From a virus (lineage: Duplodnaviria; Caudoviricetes), in the IMG/VR virus record IMGVR_UViG_3300032218_003260: DNA of 64,000 nucleotides. One strand, 5' to 3'. The position numbers and the translations under genes are program-made. The notes under the pieces were generated by a model. That model made no database searches. It was given only the letters and a program-made list of their open reading frames with translations, and was not told the DNA's origin. Below, in pieces: positions 26,264 through 34,055 of this stretch. Positions within the stretch are counted from its first letter, which is position 1, and the number at the start of each line of letters is the position of its first letter.

Positions 26264-27437
26264 GACAAATATCCCGCTCGATCAAGCGCATGACGTCAGC
26301 GGCCGCGAGACACACAGGCTGACGACTCTGTACCCGCAACCTGACTTTGTAAAAAATGCCGCGGATGAAAAATTAAGCGGCGCTGCGGATTTACCTCGTC
26401 ATCTGTACGCTGATCAGCGCCATAAACTTTATCCGTGCCATACAGCCCCTGCAACATGGATGTCCGCGCTTTTCTTTGCTGACAAGCAAGCGCAGTTTGA
26501 CGCCAAAGAGGCCGCGGCTATTCAATCTAGGATACACCAAACTGCCGAATATTTCGGTATTCGCGGGGCTGTGGCGGAACTGGAAGAAAAGATTGCGGCC
26601 AGCGCTACACAGGATATTAACAGCCTACCGGACTCTGAATTTGCTATCGTCTGGGTCAGCGATGTGGGCGGCAAGGAGCGCCACTGGCCGCTGCGCAACG
26701 CCGGGGAGGTCAAATTTGCCGCCGCGCACTTTAAAACGTTCCGCGACAACTTCGTCTTCGAAGACCGCCACGTAATTGCCACAAAGATCCTCGAAAAGGC
26801 CGCGCAGTACAGCGCAGACGTTTCGGGGGCAGAGGGCTCGCTAGAGCTAGCGGCGGGGCTTGGCGCCTGCGCGGCTAAGGTAGCGAGCGACATGATCAAA
26901 GACCGCGTACGGCTTACCAGTCGGCAGCACACGCAGCTGGCGAGTGAGTTGTCAAAGTTAGCAGAAGCGGTTGACCAGAACCCCGAGAGGGCGCGTACGG
27001 TCGACATGCGGCTAAAGTTGGCGAGCGCGGTCGATAATTTCGATAGGAGCACGCAGCTCTATCGACTCTACGACGCCGGCGGATTACCGCGGCCGGAAGA
27101 GGTCTTGTTTGCGATCACCGAAAAGGTGGCGCGGGACTTCATGGCGCAGAACGTCGAAACCACTACGGGCAACGTATACGCTCTCGACGACCTTGAGAAG
27201 CTAGCCGTTGACGATGTACGCGAGTGGCTTGGCGACGACTTTGCTGACGCGGTAAGCGCCGGCGGCGTGTACATGGACCGCAGCAAGCTGGCAGCGATTG
27301 TTCCCACGCTCGACCGCGGTATGGCAACTATGCTGGACCGGCTCATGTCCGACAAGAGCGCCAGCGCTGTCGTGAAGTCAGCGTCAGCGGACAATCTGCT
27401 TTCGCTTGAGCGCCTTCGCGAGCTTGCGAGGGGCTGA
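26262..27437 (+). CDS. conserved hypothetical protein (391 aa), possibly virion/morphogenesis
   Basis: AGGA RBS; two similar motifs KLYPCHTAPATWMSALFF and RHWPLRNAGEVKFAAAHF. Confidence 0.75.
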   Translation: MTNIPLDQAHDVSGRETHRLTTLYPQPDFVKNAADEKLSGAADLPRHLYADQRHKLYPCHTAPATWMSALFFADKQAQFDAKEAAAIQSRIHQTAEYFGIRGAVAELEEKIAASATQDINSLPDSEFAIVWVSDVGGKERHWPLRNAGEVKFAAAHFKTFRDNFVFEDRHVIATKILEKAAQYSADVSGAEGSLELAAGLGACAAKVASDMIKDRVRLTSRQHTQLASELSKLAEAVDQNPERARTVDMRLKLASAVDNFDRSTQLYRLYDAGGLPRPEEVLFAITEKVARDFMAQNVETTTGNVYALDDLEKLAVDDVREWLGDDFADAVSAGGVYMDRSKLAAIVPTLDRGMATMLDRLMSDKSASAVVKSASADNLLSLERLRELARG

Positions 27438-27869
27438 GGCTTTTTTCTTCTTACGCGGAGCCGGGCCGAACAACGACTTAATATGTCGGAGTACGGCCGC
27501 TTCGCGCGTACGTTTGTAGTTTACATTGTCCCACGCTTGGTCGGCGTGTTCGACACCGCGGCGCGCGGCCTCGACGTCGTGGATAAGGCTGTAGTCCGGG
27601 TTATACCACTTAAATCCGCGACCCTTGCCTTTGTTCCATCTAAAGTCTGCTACTGATATCTCGTAGACGGTGTGCGTTACGGTGTCGAGAATTATTTGCG
27701 CAGTGCATTTAAACTCTCGTGGTTTGTTCGGCAGCCGGATAGTCGCGTCAAGTATTTGCGCGTTGTTGCCGTAACAAGCCCAGCAGTACGCGGCGCTATC
27801 GGTTATCAGAAAGCGACAAGCGTTAAAAAAGCGATTAACCCGCAACGCGCCACAGTGATCAAATGTCAT
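27384..27869 (-). CDS. conserved phage hypothetical protein
   Basis: ITDSAAYCWACYG...IILDTVTHTVYE...NPDY...AWDNVNY. Confidence 0.7.
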   Translation of the reverse strand: MTFDHCGALRVNRFFNACRFLITDSAAYCWACYGNNAQILDATIRLPNKPREFKCTAQIILDTVTHTVYEISVADFRWNKGKGRGFKWYNPDYSLIHDVEAARRGVEHADQAWDNVNYKRTREAAVLRHIKSLFGPAPRKKKKASAPRKLAKALKRKQIVR

Positions 27870-28108
27870 TTTGATATCAAGTCCTTCAGTTTGCGAAATA
27901 GTTGCCGCACGGCTGGCATAAGCTGCCGCTTTCTTGACGGCTCAGCGCCCGGCTCAACGTTCTGAGAAGATAAGCCGCCAGACTGCTCTTCTAACTCGCT
28001 TCGGCAGTAGTCGAGGTAGAGTTGCCAGTTGTCATAGGCGTCTCTATCTTCTGCTCGTTCGTAGGGGATGTAGGGGGGCTCGTCGATGAGTCTGTCGTTC
28101 CAGCCCAT
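27866..28108 (-). CDS. hypothetical protein
   Basis: AAGGA RBS; overlaps the csrA tail by 118 nt. Confidence 0.55.
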   Translation of the reverse strand: MGWNDRLIDEPPYIPYERAEDRDAYDNWQLYLDYCRSELEEQSGGLSSQNVEPGAEPSRKRQLMPAVRQLFRKLKDLISK

Positions 28109-28281
28109 TTCTTTTTGTCCTTCTGTTTGCTCCCGTCAACTAACTCGCCGCGCACGATCGATGTCGTTTGCGGCGCGGTAAGACCAATTTTGACGCGGTC
28201 GCCTGTGATGCTTAAAACTTTCACAACAATCCCGTCGCCAATTACGACTTCCTGTTCTTTCTTCCTTGAGAGTACCAGCAT
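27991..28281 (-). CDS. csrA: carbon storage regulator CsrA-like RNA-binding protein
   Basis: MLVLSRKKEQEVVIGDGIVVKVLSITGDRVKIGLTAP..TSIVRGEL. Confidence 0.9.
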   Translation of the reverse strand: MLVLSRKKEQEVVIGDGIVVKVLSITGDRVKIGLTAPQTTSIVRGELVDGSKQKDKKKWAGTTDSSTSPPTSPTNEQKIETPMTTGNSTSTTAEAS

Positions 28282-28291
28282 TGTGTCACCA

Positions 28292-28963
28292 TCATGATGT
28301 GGCTGAACCTTGTAACATTTTTACGACATACTCCGTGTTGCCGTTTTTAAGGTCCAGTGCGGCCATTTGTTTAATAAGTAAACCAGTCTTCAATCGAATC
28401 GACTGATTGATGTCTTCTGTCTTTCCCGTCTCAAAATCGTAGACCGCGTTAAACATCGTCGGGTCATCTGAGAAATCTGTAATGTTATGGCTGACCCGCG
28501 CGGCCCTCAACGCGATACGCAAAATGTCAGGGGCGTTAATGATTCCCTCGCTGTCCAGCACGGCGCCAATGTAACCGCGCACTTCGTCGGTGAACGGTTC
28601 TTTATCGTCGTCCTCTGGCGGGCTGATCAGCAGCGCTTCGGTAATACCCCACGCAACTTCTTCGGCGTCCGCGGGGTCCCACATATCTGGGCGGTATGTG
28701 TCACCGCCCAGCACGTTGCAGAACGTCACAAAGTCCGGCAGGCTTTTGAAAAACTTGTCGGTCGTGAGGATCTGAATCGCGACTAGCAGCTTGTCGAGCG
28801 CCAGTTGGGGTAGCTCGACGTCAAACTCCTCTTCGATTTCGAGGGTGATCGTCGACGGGTCCCAATCCAGCGCCTCGATGCCGAACTTATCCAGAAACAG
28901 GGTCAGTAGGACGCTCGCAAACGTCTCCCTGCTTTTCCACGCTTCCTGCGCTATTGTTGCCAT
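28292..28963 (-). CDS. conserved hypothetical protein (acidic)
   Basis: Start re-called at MATIAQEAW; 223 aa. Confidence 0.7.
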   Translation of the reverse strand: MATIAQEAWKSRETFASVLLTLFLDKFGIEALDWDPSTITLEIEEEFDVELPQLALDKLLVAIQILTTDKFFKSLPDFVTFCNVLGGDTYRPDMWDPADAEEVAWGITEALLISPPEDDDKEPFTDEVRGYIGAVLDSEGIINAPDILRIALRAARVSHNITDFSDDPTMFNAVYDFETGKTEDINQSIRLKTGLLIKQMAALDLKNGNTEYVVKMLQGSATS

Positions 28964-29447
28964 TGAGTCCGGCCCTGCTCTTGATGATCTGCACGCCCCG
29001 GCGGTACAGCTCACTCAGATTATACGCTATCGTCTCCAGCGGACGGCGCGGGAGAAAATCGCATTTCTCGCCGGACTCTAGCGAAATCCAGCCCATCGCG
29101 CCAGTCCATGTGACGTGCCGGCCGTCCGCAAACGCGAGCGTGGCGGAGCAGTCACCTTGGATATCTTCGATGGGCAGGTCCAGCTCTTGTCGAGTCTGGC
29201 GCAGCAGTTCTCCGATCATCAGCCGCTGTTCGCTCGACAAGAAATTTAGGTTCTCCAACATATCGGCAAGCAGCAAATAAAACACCGCTTCCGTATTGAC
29301 AATCATTGCCGGGCTATACGTCCACTGGCGTCTTAAAACGTTCGTAAAAACGTTGCGAATTTGCAACTTGCTAAGTTTCATGACCTGCATTACCATATCG
29401 AGCGTCAGGTCTACTTTTTCTTCGGAGGTATCTATGTCCGTTTCCAT
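28887..29447 (-). CDS. hypothetical protein
   Basis: Start re-called at METDIDT (GAAAGG upstream). Confidence 0.65.
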   Translation of the reverse strand: METDIDTSEEKVDLTLDMVMQVMKLSKLQIRNVFTNVLRRQWTYSPAMIVNTEAVFYLLLADMLENLNFLSSEQRLMIGELLRQTRQELDLPIEDIQGDCSATLAFADGRHVTWTGAMGWISLESGEKCDFLPRRPLETIAYNLSELYRRGVQIIKSRAGLNGNNSAGSVEKQGDVCERPTDPVSG

Positions 29448-29712
29448 TATCGACAACCTTTCTAATATCACGCAGGGCCGAGCTGAGATTATCGTCAGTG
29501 CCGATGGTATCGAGGAACTGCTGTCGGCTGCAACTGCCAACGTCGTGCTGCAGAAGGCAGCGGAAGCCGGCCTGCACCGACCGGGCGTGTCCAGCGCGAG
29601 CGGGCCTTATCCGGTTGACGCCGACGGCAAGACCGACGACGAGCTGATGATGGGCAAGCGCGGGCCGGTTGTCGGCTACCGCCGAGATTTTGTTATCTTG
29701 GCGTCGCTCTGA
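29434..29712 (+). CDS. hypothetical protein (92 aa), isolated plus-strand gene
   Basis: GGAGG at 29424-29428; fills a gap with no minus-strand ORF. Confidence 0.7.
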   Translation: MSVSIIDNLSNITQGRAEIIVSADGIEELLSAATANVVLQKAAEAGLHRPGVSSASGPYPVDADGKTDDELMMGKRGPVVGYRRDFVILASL

Positions 29713-30030
29713 TCAGGCGTCGTCAGATCGGTCGACTACCGACATGCTTGCGGCCGTGCCGTTGATAAATTCGATAACGGCAAAGCACACAGGCGTGCGG
29801 CAATCTATATCAAGACGTTTCGCGGCGGCATACCCGGCGCGGAAGCTTGTTTTCTTTGCCGCGGCGATGGCGGCTGCTTTTGTGCGGAACAGGCCAACGG
29901 GCACGTCGTCCATCGTGTGCCGCCATACAACAAGGTAACCGCACATCCGTGCGGCGGCATTGCTTAGCGTTTCTGGTTTGCTCTCACCCGAGGCGCGCGG
30001 AGCGCGCCTCTTCTTTTGCGTTTTTGACAT
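29713..30030 (-). CDS. hypothetical protein
   Basis: GGAG RBS; YLVVWRHTMDDVPVGLF. Confidence 0.65.
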   Translation of the reverse strand: MSKTQKKRRAPRASGESKPETLSNAAARMCGYLVVWRHTMDDVPVGLFRTKAAAIAAAKKTSFRAGYAAAKRLDIDCRTPVCFAVIEFINGTAASMSVVDRSDDA

Positions 30031-30031
30031 T

Positions 30032-30511
30032 TCACTCCTCCATTCCGAACTTGTCGATGTGCGCCAGTCTGGCGCAGTAGAACTCAGCCACAGGCCCGGC
30101 TACAGCGCCGAACCGTTTGACCATGTCTGGAATCACCTGCTCGTTAAACACGCGCAGGATAACTTTCCGAAACTTGGCGACGGCTTCTTTTGTGTAACCT
30201 TCTTCTCTCGCTTTCTCGGCGGCTTTACGGATGTCTGCATTGCCGTCAAATTGCATCTGAAGATAGGCCGGGTTTACAAACTCAATAATGTGCCCGTATA
30301 CCTGTCTGACCTCATATGAGCAGGGCACGTCAAATACACCGCGGCCGGGCCAGCGTTCGCCGTTCACTTCGTCGTCTGACAGGTATCGCAGCTTCCCCAG
30401 CGTCCAACCGAATGCCGCCGCGTCATCATTCGGTTCAGCCATGACAAAGGCTGGTTTTGGCGCTGGCGGTTGTTTGTCAAGTTTTGCTGCAGATTTACTT
30501 TTACGCGCCAT
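30032..30511 (-). CDS. hypothetical protein
   Basis: 159-aa ORF. Confidence 0.7.
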   Translation of the reverse strand: MARKSKSAAKLDKQPPAPKPAFVMAEPNDDAAAFGWTLGKLRYLSDDEVNGERWPGRGVFDVPCSYEVRQVYGHIIEFVNPAYLQMQFDGNADIRKAAEKAREEGYTKEAVAKFRKVILRVFNEQVIPDMVKRFGAVAGPVAEFYCARLAHIDKFGMEE

Positions 30512-30546
30512 AATTCACAATAGCTAAGGAAAATTGGGACAGTTTT

Positions 30547-30621
30547 GTTCTGACCGTGTAGCCGGGAGTCACATCAGCCGTCATAAGACGAATAGATGTG
30601 TCCCGACTACACAGTCAGAAC
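30547..30621 (-). other. 75-nt rod-like hairpin (21+6+4 bp)
   Basis: Both stem mismatches are U.G on minus and C.A on plus; intergenic. Confidence 0.7.
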
Positions 30622-30631
30622 ACGCCGAAGA

Positions 30632-31006
30632 TCAGTCTCCGGCGGTGCAAGCAATGTACGCATGGTACTGGGCTATAGCCTCAATGTTAGGATCAATCTC
30701 TCTAAAGACTGGCTCATCATCCATAGTGGCCAGATCACCGCGAAAAAGCGCTGTCGTGTACTCGTGATACAGCCGAGCCATATCACCACGCAGGTTCTTC
30801 TTGGTGAATTTAAGCACGCGCTCCTTCAGAAAGGCGGCGCGTTCCCAGAAGTTCGGCATCAGGTCTAGCTGATCCCGAAACTTCTCTGCAGTCTTCTCGA
30901 AAAGCTTATGCGCCCTATCAGGAACAATCTGAAACTGGGGCGCGGCTTTTTTGCATCGAGCGGTGACTGCAAGGCGGATTTGCTCCGCCGGGGGAGAAAG
31001 AAGCAT
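30632..31006 (-). CDS. hypothetical protein
   Basis: 124 aa; GGAG RBS. Confidence 0.65.
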   Translation of the reverse strand: MLLSPPAEQIRLAVTARCKKAAPQFQIVPDRAHKLFEKTAEKFRDQLDLMPNFWERAAFLKERVLKFTKKNLRGDMARLYHEYTTALFRGDLATMDDEPVFREIDPNIEAIAQYHAYIACTAGD

Positions 31007-31186
31007 GCGTTAACTCCGTTGTAACGCGGTAGAGAAGAGCCGCTAATACGATATAGCAGCGACAATAAATATGCCGCGATTTTGGCAAAAATTTAGCTGC
31101 CGTTCGGAATTCGCGAATTGCAAAAGTGCCTGTCAGTACAGGACTTACGACGCGGTATAGCGTGTTCTGGAAAATGGAAAATGCAA

Positions 31187-31266
31187 CCGCCGCCCCGCGC
31201 TGCCTAAGAGCGTGAAGCCCGTGGGTTACGTGGCACGTAACCCGTCAGCAGACCGCAGGGCGGCGG
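31187..31266 (-). ncRNA. candidate 80-nt structured RNA (three-way junction)
   Basis: 13-bp + 5-bp closing stem, perfect 10-bp inverted repeat, 4-bp stem; three G.U pairs on minus only. Confidence 0.45.
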
Positions 31267-31296
31267 AAGATCGCAACCTACACATGGCAGGTGCGG

Positions 31297-31599
31297 CTAG
31301 AAGGTCAACTGGACTACTTGCCCGCCAGCGTTGACGTAAACAACGCGGATCTTTTTAGTATCCAGCAGAGATTTGAGTTGCGTCTTTTTTTCGCTGCTAA
31401 GGCCGGCAAGACACGATTTAATTTGCGCCATAGCGCTTCGCCGTTTTTCTTGGCGTTTATGTGCGCAAGCGCCGCAACCGCTATTGTTTGTCCGAAACAA
31501 TTCGAGCTTGTTGTAAAAACATGGAATTGATTCAGAGTACGTTGGGTCGCTCAGTAAAGATATTATTGTGTTGTCTTCAAGCACTACTAGATCGCGCAT
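31297..31599 (-). CDS. hypothetical protein with CGAC motif
   Basis: Start re-called at MRDLVVLE. Confidence 0.65.
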   Translation of the reverse strand: MRDLVVLEDNTIISLLSDPTYSESIPCFYNKLELFRTNNSGCGACAHKRQEKRRSAMAQIKSCLAGLSSEKKTQLKSLLDTKKIRVVYVNAGGQVVQLTF

Positions 31600-31606
31600 A
31601 GTACTC

Positions 31607-32131
31607 TCACGGCGCTGGAGGTGGTGGCGGACCAATCCATGTTTCTCCGCCCGGCAATAGATTGTCAGCCACGTCGAGCGTGTTTTTAAGTCGCTGTACG
31701 TCTTCCGCTACGTCTTCGATAAATGCTTTGACTTCTGCCCGCGAGCGCAGAAGCACGTCAACGTAGTTCAGTCGAAACCACGCCGGGCGGTAATTTGGGA
31801 GCGGGTCGTCTTCTGGGTATTCTTCCAGATCCGTGGGCGAGCATACGTGGTCAAAAGCTCCGACCCGCTCTTCTGCGCCCGGTTTGAGTGGTAGCAGCTG
31901 ATAAGCGAATATTTTTGTCGGCATATTTACGGCGTCGCTGGCGGTAATGCGCACGCGAATGCCGTCTGTGGTTTCGTAGTTATATCGGCTGACCTGCCAC
32001 GTTAATTTGACGCGTCGCGGATTGCCCGGCGGCGGAGGGGGCGGATCAAGGTCGGGGATATAGAAATTGAGCCCAAGTGTTTCCGGCAGCTCAATAATGC
32101 CTTCGAGCGGATCTGGTTGGCAATTTGTCAT
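31607..32131 (-). CDS. hypothetical (likely structural) protein
   Basis: 174 aa, beta-rich with poly-Pro linkers. Confidence 0.7.
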   Translation of the reverse strand: MTNCQPDPLEGIIELPETLGLNFYIPDLDPPPPPPGNPRRVKLTWQVSRYNYETTDGIRVRITASDAVNMPTKIFAYQLLPLKPGAEERVGAFDHVCSPTDLEEYPEDDPLPNYRPAWFRLNYVDVLLRSRAEVKAFIEDVAEDVQRLKNTLDVADNLLPGGETWIGPPPPPAP

Positions 32132-32138
32132 GTTATTT

Positions 32139-32411
32139 TTACTCCGGCAGAACGCGGGCTGTAATGTTAACTGGCCCCGGCGTCGTTGAGCGCACGTAGG
32201 CTAGCGCCAGTCCGTCGTCGTCCGTTGGTCCCGGTTGTGTGACTTGAGCGGTTGGTACGTCGGCCACTATTTCTGTTTGGCGGCCGACTACAGGGCGATT
32301 CCAGTGATCACGTAAACGAATTTTTACAACCGCAGCCTTCACGCCGTCTGCTAGTACCTGCGGTTTTGAGCCGTACAAAATTTTGGAGTTCTGCGGGCTG
32401 ACATAGCTCAT
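32139..32411 (-). CDS. stand-alone bacterial Ig-like (Big_1/invasin-type) domain protein
   Basis: VLADGVKAAVVKIRLRD..NRPVVG...TDDDGLALAYVRSTTPGPVNITA. Confidence 0.7.
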   Translation of the reverse strand: MSYVSPQNSKILYGSKPQVLADGVKAAVVKIRLRDHWNRPVVGRQTEIVADVPTAQVTQPGPTDDDGLALAYVRSTTPGPVNITARVLPE

Positions 32412-32776
32412 GGGTACGAATACCTCTGCGGCGCGTCACCGTTTGGCGGCGCGTAATATATTGTAACTCCTGTCGTCTCGATATTCGGTGTCTTGGCGAC
32501 AAATTGAATGAATTGCCGCATGATCTCTTGATCGCCGTCTTTTGAGCTATTAAGCGTGTCGACAAACGCCTGCACACACGGCGAAAACACGTTACTATCT
32601 GCGCGGCAACGGCATCCGCGTTCTTTTGCTGATTTTTCAAAAGCGTCGTTGCAGGCTTTAAATTGTTCTTTCAGCGGTGTCATGCCGGGCACTGCGCTAA
32701 AAAAATCGTCCTGCCGTCCAAACTGCATTATGTTATCTCGTCCAATCGAGATCATACGCGTAATGCGTTGCGTCAT
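32408..32776 (-). CDS. hypothetical protein (CRC motif)
   Basis: 122 aa; GAGGA RBS. Confidence 0.65.
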   Translation of the reverse strand: MTQRITRMISIGRDNIMQFGRQDDFFSAVPGMTPLKEQFKACNDAFEKSAKERGCRCRADSNVFSPCVQAFVDTLNSSKDGDQEIMRQFIQFVAKTPNIETTGVTIYYAPPNGDAPQRYSYP

Positions 32777-32830
32777 AGCCGTGTCCTCACAGAGTTATGG
32801 TCGCATTTTAATCGGCACAAAGAAATCGCG

Positions 32831-34054
32831 CTACGACTGCGCGGCGGCTTTAACGGCCGCTCTGAGTGTCGCGTTTGTTTGCAGTTCGGCGATAAGCTGA
32901 CTAAGCGTTAATTCGCCGTGTGGCCCTGTCGGCCCTGTTGCGCCCATGTTGCCGCACGGCCCGGTAGCGCCGGTATGGCCGACGCCTGTCGCCCCAGTGG
33001 CCCCACGCGGCCCTGACGGCCCTGTTACGCCGCGAGGTCCTGTGGCGCCTTGAATACCGGTAGCCCCGGCGGCGCCGCGTGAGCCGCGTGCGCCGGCTGG
33101 GCCAGATTGACCCTGCGGCCCCTGAGCACCCTGCGGCCCGGCGTTACCTTGCGGACCCATCAAACCCTGTGGCCCAATTAATCCCTGCGGCCCTTGCGCG
33201 CCTTGCGGCCCGCGGTCACCCTTGGGCCCTGTCTGACCTTTAGGTCCGGTTGCTCCGGTCGCGCCGATACCCCCGGTGGCCCCTGTGGCGCCATCAATGC
33301 CGTTTTTACCGGCCGGGCCTGTCGGGCCTGTCGGGCCTGTCGGGCCTTTTGGTCCGGTGGGCCCTGTAGATCCGCGCGGCCCGGTCGCGCCTGTTGCGCC
33401 TGTGGCCCCGCGCGGTCCCGTAGGTCCTGTTGCGCCCGTAAAACCTACTGCGCCCTGCGGACCAGTTGCGCCACGAGGACCCGTGGGGCCGATTTTTCCC
33501 GTCGGTCCAGTTGGACCCGTTGCGCCTTTTTCGCCTTTATCGCCTTTATCGCCTTTATTGCCTTGCGGGCCTCGCGGGCCTGTCATGCCAGTGGGGCCTT
33601 TATCTCCTTTATCGCCTTTTTCTCCTTTATCTCCTTTGTCGCCTTTTTCTCCTTTATCGCCTTGCGGGCCCGGCATGCCGATAGCGCCTACGGGTCCTTG
33701 AATACCCATGTCGCCTTTTTCGCCTTTTTCGCCTTTATCGCCTTTATTGCCTCTTTCTCCGCGATCACCTTTATTGCCTTGATCGCCTTTTTCGCCTTTT
33801 TCGCCTTTATCGCCTTTGTCGCCTTTGCTGCCTGTGTCGCCTTTGTCACCTTTGTCGCCGCTATCGCCCTTGTCGCCATCGTCTCCTTTATCGCCGCTAT
33901 CGCCCTGCGGACCCGGCGAACCTTGCGGGCCCGGCGGTCCGGGTTCTCCCCGCGGCCCGGGCGGACCGGGCGTACAGCCGCTTGACGAGAGTTTTGGTCC
34001 CTCGTACGGAACAAACTCAATTTCGTTGTCGTTGCTATTAAAAGGCGCAGTCAT
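32831..34054 (-). CDS. collagen-like (Gly-X-Y) fibre protein
   Basis: Over 100 Gly-X-Y triplets (GDK/GEK block, then GAT/GPT block); short helical C-terminus. Confidence 0.9.
   Translation of the reverse strand: MTAPFNSNDNEIEFVPYEGPKLSSSGCTPGPPGPRGEPGPPGPQGSPGPQGDSGDKGDDGDKGDSGDKGDKGDTGSKGDKGDKGEKGEKGDQGNKGDRGERGNKGDKGEKGEKGDMGIQGPVGAIGMPGPQGDKGEKGDKGDKGEKGDKGDKGPTGMTGPRGPQGNKGDKGDKGEKGATGPTGPTGKIGPTGPRGATGPQGAVGFTGATGPTGPRGATGATGATGPRGSTGPTGPKGPTGPTGPTGPAGKNGIDGATGATGGIGATGATGPKGQTGPKGDRGPQGAQGPQGLIGPQGLMGPQGNAGPQGAQGPQGQSGPAGARGSRGAAGATGIQGATGPRGVTGPSGPRGATGATGVGHTGATGPCGNMGATGPTGPHGELTLSQLIAELQTNATLRAAVKAAAQS
32922..32986. repeat. 65-bp exact direct repeat, copy 1 (copy 2 at 34279-34343)
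   Basis: Identical DNA encoding [21 protein letters not shown] in both collagen genes. Confidence 0.85.
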
Positions 34055-34055
34055 G

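Noticed and set aside
28105-28125. -1 frameshift (C AAA AAG) fusing CsrA to the next ORF
   Set aside because: Not a full slippery heptamer, and the downstream ATG has its own AAGGA RBS; a simple overlap is more parsimonious.
31187-31266. Hammerhead ribozyme (CUGACGG resembles CUGANGA)
   Set aside because: The last core base is wrong and there is no GAAA or NUH at the required junctions.
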